A program made the translations under genes and the position numbers. Shown here in pieces: positions 28,243 to 37,814 of a DNA stretch of 64,000 nucleotides (positions within the stretch are counted from its first letter, which is position 1; every line of letters starts with the position of its first letter). The DNA is from an uncultured Pseudomonadota bacterium (GTDB lineage Bacteria > Pseudomonadota > Gammaproteobacteria > Steroidobacterales > Steroidobacteraceae). The notes below the pieces were generated by a model. That model was not told the origin of the DNA and did not search any database. It saw only the letters and a list, made by a program, of their open reading frames with translations. The stretch lies in the NCBI GenBank assembly GCA_963850955.1, contig CAWKMW010000005.1, forward strand, positions 18,228-82,227, in the 5' to 3' direction.

Positions 28243-29109
28243 ATGGACCGCCGGCTGGCTGATCTTCTTGCCCTGCTCGAGCTCGAACCGCTCGAGGTGG
28301 ACCTGTTCCGCGGCGAGAGCCGCGACATCGGCAGCCCACAGGTTTTCGGCGGCCAGGTGCTGGGCCAGGCGCTCAGTGCGGCGGCGCGCACCGTGGATAC
28401 CGCGCGCGTGGTGCATTCGCTGCACGCCTACTTTCTGCGCCGCGGCGACTGCAATGCACCCATCGTCTATCAGGTCGACCGCAGCCTTGACGGCCACAGT
28501 TTCTCCAACCGGCGCGTGGTCGCGATCCAGCACGGCCAGCAGATCTTCAACATGGCTGCCTCCTTTCAGGTCGCCGAAGACGGCTTCGATCACCAGATCG
28601 ATATCCCGCAGGTGCCGCCGCCGGAGGAACTCAGCGACTACGCGGGGCCGCCGGCCGAACTGCTGCAGCGCCTGCCCGAGCGTGTGCGGCGCTTCTTCGA
28701 GCAGCAGCGGCCGTTCCAGTTTCGCATGGTGCAGCCGATCGATTACCTGCGCCCGCGGCGCGAGCGGCCGCTACGACAGATCTGGGTCCGTGCCGTGGCG
28801 CGCGTGCCCGACGATGAGATGCTGCATCGGCGTCTGCTCGCCTACGTTTCGGATTTTTTCCTGCTGGACACGGCGACGCTGCCGCACGGTACCTCGTTCG
28901 TGCGTCCGAGCATCGTCATGGCGAGCATCGACCATGTGCTGTGGTTTCATCGGCCCCTGCGCGTGGATGACTGGCTGCTGTACGCTATCGAGAGTCCAAG
29001 CGCTTCCGGCGCGCGTGGCTTTGCGCGCGCCAGTGTTTTCGCGCGCGACGGCCGCCTGGTGGCGAGCGCGGCGCAGGAGGGGCTGGTACGCATGGTGAAG
29101 GAGCACTGA
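28243..29109 (+). CDS. tesB: Acyl-CoA thioesterase II
   Basis: LLALLELEPLEVDLFRGESRDIGSPQVFGGQVLGQAL and HSLHAYFLRRGD; double hot-dog fold, 288 aa. Confidence 0.9.
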   Translation: MDRRLADLLALLELEPLEVDLFRGESRDIGSPQVFGGQVLGQALSAAARTVDTARVVHSLHAYFLRRGDCNAPIVYQVDRSLDGHSFSNRRVVAIQHGQQIFNMAASFQVAEDGFDHQIDIPQVPPPEELSDYAGPPAELLQRLPERVRRFFEQQRPFQFRMVQPIDYLRPRRERPLRQIWVRAVARVPDDEMLHRRLLAYVSDFFLLDTATLPHGTSFVRPSIVMASIDHVLWFHRPLRVDDWLLYAIESPSASGARGFARASVFARDGRLVASAAQEGLVRMVKEH

Positions 29110-29126
29110 GCCCGCAAAGGGGCTGC

Positions 29127-30095
29127 GTGATGACGGTGCTGCTCGGGATGTTGCTTGCGAGCGTGGCGGCCAGTGACGGCGGGGATGTCGCGGCCCTGGA
29201 GCAGCTGTGGTCGGGCGTGCGTGATTCGAGCGAGCAGGTGGTCGTGAACACCGAGCCCGGCAGCGACACCTGGCCAGAGCTCAACGAGCGGCGCGTACGC
29301 ACGATTGTCGCGCCCGTCAGTATTCCCTGGCTCGGCCACCATATCCTCTACCTGGAGGAGTTTCTCGAGGACGACCCCGGACATCCGCGGCGCCAGCTGC
29401 TGCTGCAGCTTGAGCCAGCGCGTGATACCGCCCACGCAGTGCACGTGCATCTGCTGAGCTTTGCCGATCCGCGGCCGTGGACGCACTTGAACTATCGTCC
29501 GGCGCTCGCCGCCTCGCTCGTGTGGCGCGATGTGCGCTCCGCCGCCGGCTGCGATTTCACGCTGCTGCGGGCGGGGGAGCAGTTTCGCGGCGGCACGCTC
29601 GGTGACCAGTGCCGGGATGACAGCTCCGGCACGCTGCGCTATCTGGACTATCAGCTCCTCATTGGTGCGGACCTGTACTGGTATCGGCGGCGCGCGTACC
29701 GCGAGCGCGACGGACAGCTGCAGCAGGAGATCATCGGCTTTAACCGCTTTGAACCCAATCAGGCGCAACTCTATGCCTGCCGTGTCGCGTACTCAGCAAG
29801 CGGCGCACCGCGCGAGCTTAAGCCGCTGCTGAGTCTTGAGCTGTACGAGGCCGGCGGCCGCGGCCGCTTCGCCACGCCCGACGGCCGCGCCTTTCAGTTG
29901 ACGCTGCACGGACGCGACTGGCCGTTCGCCGTCGACCGCGACGCGCTATTGCTGCTGCTGCAGGAGGAAGGGCGCGAGCTGCCGCTCGCCACGGCCTGGG
30001 CGCAGATGGACACGCAGCAGATCGCGCTCGAGCTCGGCTGGCTCGAGGTGCGCTGCGGGGCGATCGTGCCGGATTCCGATGAATTGACTCAGTGA
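29127..30095 (+). CDS. CpcT/CpeT-like (DUF1001) beta-barrel protein with an extra ~105-aa C-terminal region
   Basis: Signal-like N-terminus. The pattern LEQLWSG..., HILYLEEF...PRRQLLLQLEP, GCDFTLLRAGEQFRGGTLGDQC and YLDYQLLIGADLYWYR parallels cyanobacterial CpcT as I recall it. Confidence 0.55.
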   Translation: MMTVLLGMLLASVAASDGGDVAALEQLWSGVRDSSEQVVVNTEPGSDTWPELNERRVRTIVAPVSIPWLGHHILYLEEFLEDDPGHPRRQLLLQLEPARDTAHAVHVHLLSFADPRPWTHLNYRPALAASLVWRDVRSAAGCDFTLLRAGEQFRGGTLGDQCRDDSSGTLRYLDYQLLIGADLYWYRRRAYRERDGQLQQEIIGFNRFEPNQAQLYACRVAYSASGAPRELKPLLSLELYEAGGRGRFATPDGRAFQLTLHGRDWPFAVDRDALLLLLQEEGRELPLATAWAQMDTQQIALELGWLEVRCGAIVPDSDELTQ

Positions 30096-31039
30096 GACGG
30101 CTGCGCCGCGAGTAGCGCGAGGTCCTTTAACAGCAGTGGATTGAAGCGCGCCGGGGTCTCGAGCATGAGGAAGTGTCCGCTGTGGTCGAGCACGTCAAGG
30201 GTGAAGTTGGGCAGCGATTTGCGGATGCGCGCTGCATCCGTGGGCAGCAGGTCCGAATTGATCGCGTACACCGGTACGTGTATGGCCGACAGCAGGGCCG
30301 CCAGATCGAGCGACAGCAGGGCTTGCAGGGAAGGCACCGCCACCGCCGGCGGCTCGAGCGACATGTCGTAAGCGACCTTCTGCACGAGCGCGCGGTTGGC
30401 ATCGCGCGGGAACAGCGACTCGCTCACGAGCTTGCGGGTCTCACCGACAAAGTCGGCGCGAAACGGCGCCACCCGCTGCTCGACTTCGCGCGGCGCGAGC
30501 GGCGGCTGTCCGACCGAGCGCAATGCGTCCACGGCAATGATGCCGATGACGCGCGAGCCGATGAGAGGCGTCGCCGCCAGCGCCACCGTCGCACCCATGG
30601 AGTGACCGACCAGCACCAGGTGCTGGTTGGAGAGCTGCTGTGCGACTGCGGCGACATCGGCGGCGTAGTTGGCGATGGACCAGTCGGTGCGGTTCCTGCC
30701 TGAGCCTCCATGGCCGGCGAGATTCACGGCGACGACGGTATAACGTGACTTGAGCGCATCGAACTGCTCGTGCCAGTAGTTCGCATCGCAGGCCCAGCCA
30801 TGGATCAGGATGATCGCCGGCTCCCCGTGACCGAGCACGCGGTACTCGATGTGCACGTTATCCGGGGACAGTGTGAGACGCGGCCCTTCACCCTCAAGGG
30901 CCGCGGCCGCGGCCGCAGGCGCAGAGGCCGGAGGCGGCGCGGTGGCCGCGGCGCTCGGTGCCGCCTCGCCGGCGTGCCGTGCACAAGCCCCCAGGCTGGC
31001 TAACAGCAGCATCCACAACGCCATTCGACCGTAGCTCAT
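30089..31039 (-). CDS. Alpha/beta-hydrolase lipoprotein
   Basis: Lipobox LLLASLGAC, oxyanion motif ILIHGW and nucleophile elbow LVGHSMGA; 316 aa. Convergent 7-nt overlap with the previous gene. Confidence 0.85.
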   Translation of the reverse strand: MSYGRMALWMLLLASLGACARHAGEAAPSAAATAPPPASAPAAAAAALEGEGPRLTLSPDNVHIEYRVLGHGEPAIILIHGWACDANYWHEQFDALKSRYTVVAVNLAGHGGSGRNRTDWSIANYAADVAAVAQQLSNQHLVLVGHSMGATVALAATPLIGSRVIGIIAVDALRSVGQPPLAPREVEQRVAPFRADFVGETRKLVSESLFPRDANRALVQKVAYDMSLEPPAVAVPSLQALLSLDLAALLSAIHVPVYAINSDLLPTDAARIRKSLPNFTLDVLDHSGHFLMLETPARFNPLLLKDLALLAAQPSH

Positions 31040-31058
31040 CTGTAGCTCCTCGGGAGTG

Positions 31059-32480
31059 TCAGCGCAGAACCTTGCCCGGGTTCATGATGGCATGCGGGTC
31101 AAGTGCCCGCTTCACGGCCTGCATGAGAGACAGTTCCACCGGAGAAGCGTAGCGCACGAGCTCCTCCACCTTCAGACGCCCGATGCCGTGTTCGGCACTG
31201 AAGCTGCCGCCAAACTCGTGCACCAAATCGTGCACGGCGCGTTGCACCGCGCCGCCGCGCGCCAGAAAGGCCGCCGCGTCCGCGCCCGGCAGCGCGCTGA
31301 CATTGAAGTGCAGATTGCCATCGCCCGCGTGCCCGTACGCGACCAGACGGCCATCGGGCACATGTGCCTCGATCCAGGGTGCCGCGCGCGCGACAAAGTC
31401 GGCGAGGCGGCTGACGGGCACGGAGATGTCGTGCTTGAGTCCTACCCCCTCGCGACGCTGTGCCTCGGGGATATTCTCCCGCATCTTCCACAGCAACTCG
31501 CGTTCACGCTCGCTGTGCGCGATGACCGCATCGGCAAGCTCTCCCTGCGCGAGTGCGGCGCCGAGGGCTTCCTCGAGAATGTCACTGAGCGCATCCGCCG
31601 CGCGTGAAGAGGACAGCTCGCACAGCGCGTACCAGGGGTAGGGCGTGGTGAAGGGATCGCTGATCCCGGGGATGTGGCGCGCGGTAAGTTCCAGGGCAAG
31701 ACGCGGGATGATCTCGAAGGAGCTCACGCGGTCGCTGCTCGCGCTGCGCAGCCGCCTCAGCAGTGCCACCGCGGCGTGCACGTCGGCCACCGCCGCGAGC
31801 GCTGTGGCGCGGGCGCGAATCTCCGGAAACAGTTTCAGCGTCGCTGCCGTGATCACGCCGAGCGTGCCCTCGGCACCGAGGAACAGTGACTTGATGTCGT
31901 AGCCGGTGTTGTCCTTGCGCAGGCCCGCAAGCGCGTTGAGCACCCGCCCGTCCGCTAGCACGACCTCCAGTCCCAGCACCAGATCGCGCATCATGCCGTA
32001 GCGCAAGACGCTCGTGCCGCCGGCGTTGGTGGACAGATTGCCACCGATCTGGCAGCTGCCCTGCGAGCCGAGGCTCAGCGGGAAGAAGCGCTGCGCTTGT
32101 GCGGCGGCGGCCTGCACCTGCGCCAGCAGACAGCCGGCTTCCGCCACCAGTGAGTCGTTGGCGACGTCGACCTCGCGGATGCGGTTCAGCCGCTCGAGCG
32201 CCAGTACCACCTGAGCACCGCTCTCATCGGGCGTCGCGCCGCCGCAGTAGCTGGTGTTGCCGCCGTGCGGTACGACGCCGACACGCGCGGCGTTGCACAG
32301 CGCGAGCACCTGCGACACCTGCACAACCGTACGCGGCCGCGCGACCGCCAGCGCGCGGCCCTGAAAGAGCCGCCGGTGATCCGTGAGGTAAGGCGCGCTC
32401 GCCGCGCCCGCATCCACGATGCCGTCGCCGCCGAGAATCCCGCGCAATTGCTCGCGCAGGTCCGCGCCGCTTGCAGTCAA
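31059..32480 (-). CDS. FAD-linked oxidase (GlcD / D-2-hydroxyacid dehydrogenase-like)
   Basis: FAD_binding_4 pattern VVPHGGNTSYCGGATP, GGNLSTNAGG and a C-terminal GGSFSAEHGIGRLK. TTG start overlaps the htpX stop (TTGA). Confidence 0.85.
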   Translation of the reverse strand: MTASGADLREQLRGILGGDGIVDAGAASAPYLTDHRRLFQGRALAVARPRTVVQVSQVLALCNAARVGVVPHGGNTSYCGGATPDESGAQVVLALERLNRIREVDVANDSLVAEAGCLLAQVQAAAAQAQRFFPLSLGSQGSCQIGGNLSTNAGGTSVLRYGMMRDLVLGLEVVLADGRVLNALAGLRKDNTGYDIKSLFLGAEGTLGVITAATLKLFPEIRARATALAAVADVHAAVALLRRLRSASSDRVSSFEIIPRLALELTARHIPGISDPFTTPYPWYALCELSSSRAADALSDILEEALGAALAQGELADAVIAHSERERELLWKMRENIPEAQRREGVGLKHDISVPVSRLADFVARAAPWIEAHVPDGRLVAYGHAGDGNLHFNVSALPGADAAAFLARGGAVQRAVHDLVHEFGGSFSAEHGIGRLKVEELVRYASPVELSLMQAVKRALDPHAIMNPGKVLR

Positions 32481-33355
32481 TTGATGTTGAGGGCTTGCAG
32501 CGCCGCGATCCGCTCATCGAGCGGCGGGTGACTCATGAACAGCCGCTTCAGCCCACCGCCCACCGGGCCTTCGGCGATGCCGAAAGCGGCGAACTGTTTC
32601 GAGGGCAGCGGCTCGTGCACCGCCTTCAGATCCTCGAGTGCGCCGATCATATTGGGCTTGCCGGCAAGCTGCGCGCCGCCGCGGTCGGCGCGGAACTCAC
32701 GCCGCCGCGAGAACCACATGACGATGATGCTCGCGAGTACCCCGAGCACCAGCTGCAGCACGATGACGGTGGCAAAGTAGCCGATGCCGCCGCGTCCGTT
32801 CTGGGAGCGATCGACGAGGCCACCGATGACGCGCGACAGGAAGATCACGAAGGTGTTGAGAACTCCCTGGATCAGCGCGAGCGTCACCATGTCCCCGTTG
32901 GCAACGTGTGTCATCTCGTGACCCACCACCGCCTCGACTTCCTGGCGTCCCATGCGCTGCAACAGCCCGGTACTCACCGCGACCAGCGCCGAGTTGCGGC
33001 TCATGCCGGTGGCGAATGCGTTGGGATCGGGGGACTGGAAGATGCCCACTTCGGGCATGCCGACGCCCACCGTGCGCGCGTACTGCTCGACGACGCCGAG
33101 CAGCCAGCGTTCCGTCGGGTCGGTGCTCTGCGGGTCGATGACCCGTACGCCCATGCTGTGCTTGGCCATGGTCTTGGACAGGGCCAGCGAGATGAGCGAG
33201 CCGCCGAAACCGAAAACTGCGGCAAACACCAGTAGTCCGCCGTAGCTCTGCCCGTGCACGGCAAGCCAGGTGTCCAGACCGGTGATGCGCAGGACGACCG
33301 ACAGTACCAGCAGCACGGCGATGTTGGTCAGCACGAACAGGAAGATACGTTTCAT
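32477..33355 (-). CDS. htpX: Membrane zinc protease HtpX
   Basis: MKRIFLFVLTNIAVLL..., HEMTHVANGD (HExxH) and REFRADRGGA. ATG at 33355; the ORF track begins at 33388. Confidence 0.92.
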   Translation of the reverse strand: MKRIFLFVLTNIAVLLVLSVVLRITGLDTWLAVHGQSYGGLLVFAAVFGFGGSLISLALSKTMAKHSMGVRVIDPQSTDPTERWLLGVVEQYARTVGVGMPEVGIFQSPDPNAFATGMSRNSALVAVSTGLLQRMGRQEVEAVVGHEMTHVANGDMVTLALIQGVLNTFVIFLSRVIGGLVDRSQNGRGGIGYFATVIVLQLVLGVLASIIVMWFSRRREFRADRGGAQLAGKPNMIGALEDLKAVHEPLPSKQFAAFGIAEGPVGGGLKRLFMSHPPLDERIAALQALNIN

Positions 33356-33608
33356 GGCGGGGCCTGCAGCAAGATTAAGGTGTACCAACTTTTACGGGGC
33401 AAGCGAACTGTACCGGTACCCGCTTACCCTCGCCAGCGTGGGGTCAGTTGGACAGTTTTCAAGACCTCCGGAGTGAGGCCGCCGCCAGGCGCTGCGCGGT
33501 CAGCTGAGGACGCAGCGCCGGCCGCTCGCGCCCAGGTCCAGCGGCATGAGCGGCACCGCTGCGCCGACGGCAAAGGTCACGAATGAGGCCTCGGGCGCCC
33601 GGGAACGC

Positions 33609-33926
33609 TCAATACTCGTCCCGCTCATCATCAACGTCGTCCTCGTCCTCATCCAAGTCATCATCATCTTCGTCTTCGTCCTCTTCCCAATCCTCGTCAT
33701 CCTCCTCGTCTTCGTCATCGTCGGGCTCGGACCAGCCCTCCGGCTCCTCGATGCGATCCAGATCCATCTCGTGCCAAGCCTCGATGTCAAGTTCCTCGAT
33801 ATCACCATCCAGGTACTCGATCTCCACCAGCTCCGAGTCCTCGTCCACGGACAGGACGCGGAAAGATTCTTCTTCTTCGAGGTTCTCGTACCACTGGCCA
33901 ACAACTGGTTCGTAATCTCTGCTCAC
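33609..33926 (-). CDS. Small hyper-acidic protein (globular ~60 aa plus a poly-Asp/Glu tail)
   Basis: ...EPVVGQWYENLEEEESFRVLSVDEDSELVEIEYLDGDIEELDIEAWHEMDLDRIEEPEGW followed by about 40 D/E residues. The start is uncertain: GTG 33926 or 33938 is preferred, because the ATG at 34022 abuts the proB ATG at 34023. Confidence 0.6.
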   Translation of the reverse strand: MSRDYEPVVGQWYENLEEEESFRVLSVDEDSELVEIEYLDGDIEELDIEAWHEMDLDRIEEPEGWSEPDDDEDEEDDEDWEEDEDEDDDDLDEDEDDVDDERDEY

Positions 33927-34022
33927 CGCGACAGCCACCCTGTTTTTCGTTCGCCCTGGATAAGTGTAGGGGCTGCGCTCTTCTTGGGCAACGCACCCCG
34001 AATGCGTATAGTTTTCCTCCAT

Positions 34023-35207
34023 ATGAATGCCCACGCTCCCGATCCGGCCGCGTCCCTCACACAAGCACGGCTGATCGTTGTGAAGGTCGGCTCGGCGCTG
34101 CTCGTCGACGGCGACAGCGGGCGTGTCAATCGCGCCTGGCTTGAGACCCTGGTCGAGGATCTTCTGCGACTTCGCAAGCGCGGTCAGAAGGTGATTCTGG
34201 TGTCATCCGGTGCGATCGCGCTCGGGCGACGGCGGCTCGGGCTCAAGAGCGGCCCGTTACGACTGGAAGACAGTCAGGCCGCAGCGGCGGTGGGACAGAT
34301 CCGTCTTGCACACGCTTATAAGGAATTGCTCGAGGCGAAGGATGTGACCGTGGCGCAGGTGCTGCTCACGCTCGAGGACAGCGAGCGGCGGCGCCGCTAC
34401 CTCAACGCCCGCGCCACCCTGGCTTCGCTGCTCGCACTCGGTGCGCTGCCGGTGATCAACGAGAATGACACGGTCGCCACGGCCGAGATTCGCTACGGAG
34501 ACAACGACCGCCTCGCGGCGCGGGTCGCGCAGATGGCGAGTGCCGACTGCCTGGTGCTGCTGTCGGATGTCGAGGGTCTCTACAGCGCCGACCCGAATCA
34601 GGATACGAACGCGCGCTTCATCCGCGAAGTGCGCCAGATCACCCCGGCGATTGAGGCGATGGCCGGTCACGCGGCCTCGACACTGGGCTCGGGCGGCATG
34701 CGTACCAAGATTCTCGCCGCGCGCATTGCGGTGGCGGCCGGCTGTCACATGTGTATCGCCGCCGGCGGGCACCCGCACCCGCTGCGTCGCATCGAAGAGG
34801 GGGCCAACTGCACCTGGTTCCTGCCCAGTGCCACACCGGCGGCGGCGCGCAAGCAGTGGATCGCCGGCACCCTGCGTCCTTCCGGCGCGCTCATCATTGA
34901 TGCGGGCGCGCTGCGGGCACTGTTCGAGGGGCGCAGCCTCCTGCCCGCCGGCGTCACCGCGGCGCGCGGACGCTTTGACCGCGGTGATACGGTGAGCGTG
35001 TTTACCGCGGACGGCATCGAGATGGCGCGCGGCATCGTGGCCTATTCCGATGCGGACGCGGCGCGCATCATGGGCCGGCGCTCCACGGAGATTGCCGATA
35101 TTCTCGGCTTTCGCGGCCGTGACGAGATGATTCACCGCGACGATCTCGTGCTGTTGCGCGAGGAGGTCGGTGTGCCGGTGACACCGACCCCGCAGCCACT
35201 CGCCTGA
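34023..35207 (+). CDS. proB: Glutamate 5-kinase (with PUA domain)
   Basis: [26 protein letters not shown] and [25 protein letters not shown]. The upstream part of ORF 33546.. is an antisense artefact. Confidence 0.93.
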   Translation: MNAHAPDPAASLTQARLIVVKVGSALLVDGDSGRVNRAWLETLVEDLLRLRKRGQKVILVSSGAIALGRRRLGLKSGPLRLEDSQAAAAVGQIRLAHAYKELLEAKDVTVAQVLLTLEDSERRRRYLNARATLASLLALGALPVINENDTVATAEIRYGDNDRLAARVAQMASADCLVLLSDVEGLYSADPNQDTNARFIREVRQITPAIEAMAGHAASTLGSGGMRTKILAARIAVAAGCHMCIAAGGHPHPLRRIEEGANCTWFLPSATPAAARKQWIAGTLRPSGALIIDAGALRALFEGRSLLPAGVTAARGRFDRGDTVSVFTADGIEMARGIVAYSDADAARIMGRRSTEIADILGFRGRDEMIHRDDLVLLREEVGVPVTPTPQPLA

Positions 35208-35214
35208 AGGCGCT

Positions 35215-36483
35215 ATGCATACGCCGCAGCTGGGTGAAATGATGGAGGGCCTCGGGCGCGCCGCGCTCGCGGCCGCCGCGGTGCTCGCGCGCGCCAGCAC
35301 GGCGCAGAAAGATGCGGCCCTCGGCGCCGCTGCGGCCGCGGTGCGTCGCGAGCAGGGCGCGATTCTTGCGGCCAACGCGCACGACCTTGCGGCCGCGGCG
35401 GCCCACGATCTGAGCGCTGCGCGCCTGGACCGGCTGCGCCTGGATGCCGAGCGCATCGAGGCGATCGCCGCCGCCATCGAGGCGGTGAGGGCACTGCCCG
35501 ATCCGATCGGTACCGTGGCGGCGCAGTGGGAGCGGCCGAACGGTCTGCGCATCGAGCGCGTGATCGTGCCGCTCGGTGTCATCGGCATCATCTACGAAAG
35601 CCGCCCCAATGTGACCACGGACGCCGGCGCGCTGTGCCTGAAATCGGGCAACGCGGTGATCTTGCGCGGCGGCTCCGAGAGCGAGCACTCGAACCGCGCC
35701 TTGCAGGCCTGCCTGGCGGCGGGTCTTGAGGCCGCGGCTCTGCCGGCGGCGTGCATCCAGCTCGTGCCAACGAGCGATCGTGCCGCGGTCGGCTACCTGC
35801 TCGGCGGCATGAGCGCGTATCTGGACGTCATCGTGCCGCGCGGCGGCAAGGCTCTGGTGCAACGCGTGCAGCAGGAAGCGCGCGTGCCGGTGATCGGCCA
35901 TCTCGAAGGCAACTGCCACGTGTATATCGATCGCGACGCGGATGTGCGCATGGCGCGCGCCATAGCGCTCAACGCCAAGATGCGCCGTACCGGCATCTGC
36001 GGCGCCGCCGAGACGCTGCTGGTGGATGAGGCGTGTGCGGCTACGCATCTGAGCCCCATCATCAAGGACCTGCTGGATGCGGGTTGCGAGGTGCGCGGCG
36101 ACCTGCGCGTGCAGCGCGTGGATGCGCGCGTGCGTGCAGCCCGCGAGGAGGACTGGTACACCGAGTACCTGGACGCGATCATTGCCGCCCGCGTGGTCGA
36201 TGGCGTCGATGCGGCGATTGCGCACATCGCGCGCTATGGTTCTGCGCACACCGAGTCGATCGTTACCGACAACCCGACAACCGCCGAGCGCTTTCTGGCG
36301 CACGTCGACAGCGCCATCGTGCTGCACAATGCTTCCACGCAGTTCGCCGACGGCGGCGAGTTCGGCATGGGGGCGGAAATCGGCATCTCCACGGATCGCT
36401 TCCATGCGCGCGGTCCGGTCGGGGTGGCGCAGCTGACGAGCTACAAGTACGTGGTGCGTGGCGCCGGACAGGTGCGCCCCTGA
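35215..36483 (+). CDS. proA: Gamma-glutamyl phosphate reductase
   Basis: [37 protein letters not shown] and [20 protein letters not shown]; 422 aa. Confidence 0.93.
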   Translation: MHTPQLGEMMEGLGRAALAAAAVLARASTAQKDAALGAAAAAVRREQGAILAANAHDLAAAAAHDLSAARLDRLRLDAERIEAIAAAIEAVRALPDPIGTVAAQWERPNGLRIERVIVPLGVIGIIYESRPNVTTDAGALCLKSGNAVILRGGSESEHSNRALQACLAAGLEAAALPAACIQLVPTSDRAAVGYLLGGMSAYLDVIVPRGGKALVQRVQQEARVPVIGHLEGNCHVYIDRDADVRMARAIALNAKMRRTGICGAAETLLVDEACAATHLSPIIKDLLDAGCEVRGDLRVQRVDARVRAAREEDWYTEYLDAIIAARVVDGVDAAIAHIARYGSAHTESIVTDNPTTAERFLAHVDSAIVLHNASTQFADGGEFGMGAEIGISTDRFHARGPVGVAQLTSYKYVVRGAGQVRP

Positions 36484-36490
36484 GGAGTGA

Positions 36491-36961
36491 TTAGCGCTGC
36501 GGGTGGGCGTGCGCGGGCACAGCCTCCGCGGCGGGTGCGGCGCAGCGCTCGCAGTTCACCCAGCCCGAATCGCCGTTGGCGTAGTGCTCTTTCTTCCAGA
36601 TCGGCACGCGGTGCTTGACCTCATCGATGATGTAACGGGCCGCCAGGAACGCCTCGTGACGGTGCGGCGCGCTCGCGCCGACCCACACGGCGACTTCGCC
36701 GATGGCCAGATCTCCTAAGCGGTGCTCGCAGGCGGCGCGCGTCACGCCGAAACGCGCCAGCGCCTCGGCGATGATGCGCTCGCCCTCGCGCACGGCGAGT
36801 TCCTCGAAGGCTTCGTATTCCAGGTGTCGCACGCGCGCGCCCTCGTTGTGATCGCGCACCCAGCCTTCGAAGGAGGCAAAGCCACCGCAGGCGGGGTCGG
36901 CGAGGGCTGCGCGCAGGCGGGCGCCGTCGATGGCGGTGCGGGTGAAGCGAAATGCCGGCAC
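36491..36961 (-). CDS. moaE: Molybdopterin synthase catalytic subunit
   Basis: CGGFASFEGWVRDHNEG, LEYEAFEELA, GEVAVWVGASAPHR and PIWKKEHY. GTG at 36961, 17 nt after the MoaD-domain stop; the ORF-track start at 37042 overlaps the previous gene. Confidence 0.88.
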   Translation of the reverse strand: MPAFRFTRTAIDGARLRAALADPACGGFASFEGWVRDHNEGARVRHLEYEAFEELAVREGERIIAEALARFGVTRAACEHRLGDLAIGEVAVWVGASAPHRHEAFLAARYIIDEVKHRVPIWKKEHYANGDSGWVNCERCAAPAAEAVPAHAHPQR

Positions 36962-36978
36962 GGGTGATCCTGCGAGGC

Positions 36979-37809
36979 TTAGCCGCCGGCCACCGGCGGA
37001 ATGAACACCACCGCGTCGCCCTCGCGCAGCGGCGTCGACCAATCGGCGAACTCGGCATTCACTGCCACACGCAGCAGCTCGGGGGCGAGCGTGAAGGGGT
37101 AGCGCGCGGCGAGCTCTGCGTACAGCTCGCGTGGCGTGCGGGCGCTGCTTTGCAGCGCCTCCTCGCGCCGTCCGGCCTGCTCACGCAGCAGCGCGTAGTA
37201 CTGCACGTTCAGGTGCTTGGGCTGAATGGTGCTCTCCTGGGTGACCGCACCATACTCCTCGGGCGTGTTGATGTTGTCGAGCGCGCGCGGATGGGGCTCC
37301 TCGATGAGGCGCGCTGCGACGTGCAGCAGGAACTTGCGCGGGCAGTGCTTACCCTGCGCCACGTAGTCGCTGAGGGCTGCGCGGCTGCGCGGCTCGTAAA
37401 TCGCGCACAGCGGCTCGGGCAGCCCGTCGTGACTTGAGCGATACGCGGTGGCGAGCCCGGCGGTATCGCGCGCGGCAATCAGCTGCCGCAGCGTCGGCTC
37501 ATCGAGCAGCGGCAGGTCGCAGGCGAGCACGAGCCACGCGGCCTCAGGGTGCGCGGCCTGCGCGGCCAAAAGCCCCGCCATCGGACCGATATCACTCGCC
37601 CCGTCCTCGATCTGTGCATAGCGCGCGCGCAGCGCCTCTGCTCTTTGGTCCGGGCGCACCGAGACATAGGCGTGCGCCACGTGCCCGCTGAGCAGTGCCA
37701 TGGCGCGCTCGAGCTGGGTTTGCCCCTGGTAGCGCAGTGCCGCCTTGTCGCTGCCCATGCGGCGGCTGCGGCCGCCTGCGAGCACCAGTCCGTAGAGCGG
37801 GGCGTCCAT
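36979..37809 (-). CDS. Fusion protein: MobA-like molybdenum-cofactor guanylyltransferase (N) plus the MoaD sulfur-carrier domain (C, ending in GG)
   Basis: N-terminal: YGLVLAGGRSRRMGSDKAAL, DIGPMAGLL and WLVLACDLPLL. C-terminal ~85 aa: LNVQYYALLREQAG...REGDAVVFIPPVAGG*, a MoaD/ThiS fold with the terminal Gly-Gly. Confidence 0.8.
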   Translation of the reverse strand: MDAPLYGLVLAGGRSRRMGSDKAALRYQGQTQLERAMALLSGHVAHAYVSVRPDQRAEALRARYAQIEDGASDIGPMAGLLAAQAAHPEAAWLVLACDLPLLDEPTLRQLIAARDTAGLATAYRSSHDGLPEPLCAIYEPRSRAALSDYVAQGKHCPRKFLLHVAARLIEEPHPRALDNINTPEEYGAVTQESTIQPKHLNVQYYALLREQAGRREEALQSSARTPRELYAELAARYPFTLAPELLRVAVNAEFADWSTPLREGDAVVFIPPVAGG

Positions 37810-37814
37810 GCTGG

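Noticed and set aside
33546-34022. Ser-rich plus-strand ORFs (33583-33915, and the 5' extension of the proB ORF).
   Set aside because: They are the mirror image of the GAx-codon poly-Asp/Glu tract of the minus-strand acidic protein. ProB homology begins at the ATG at 34023.
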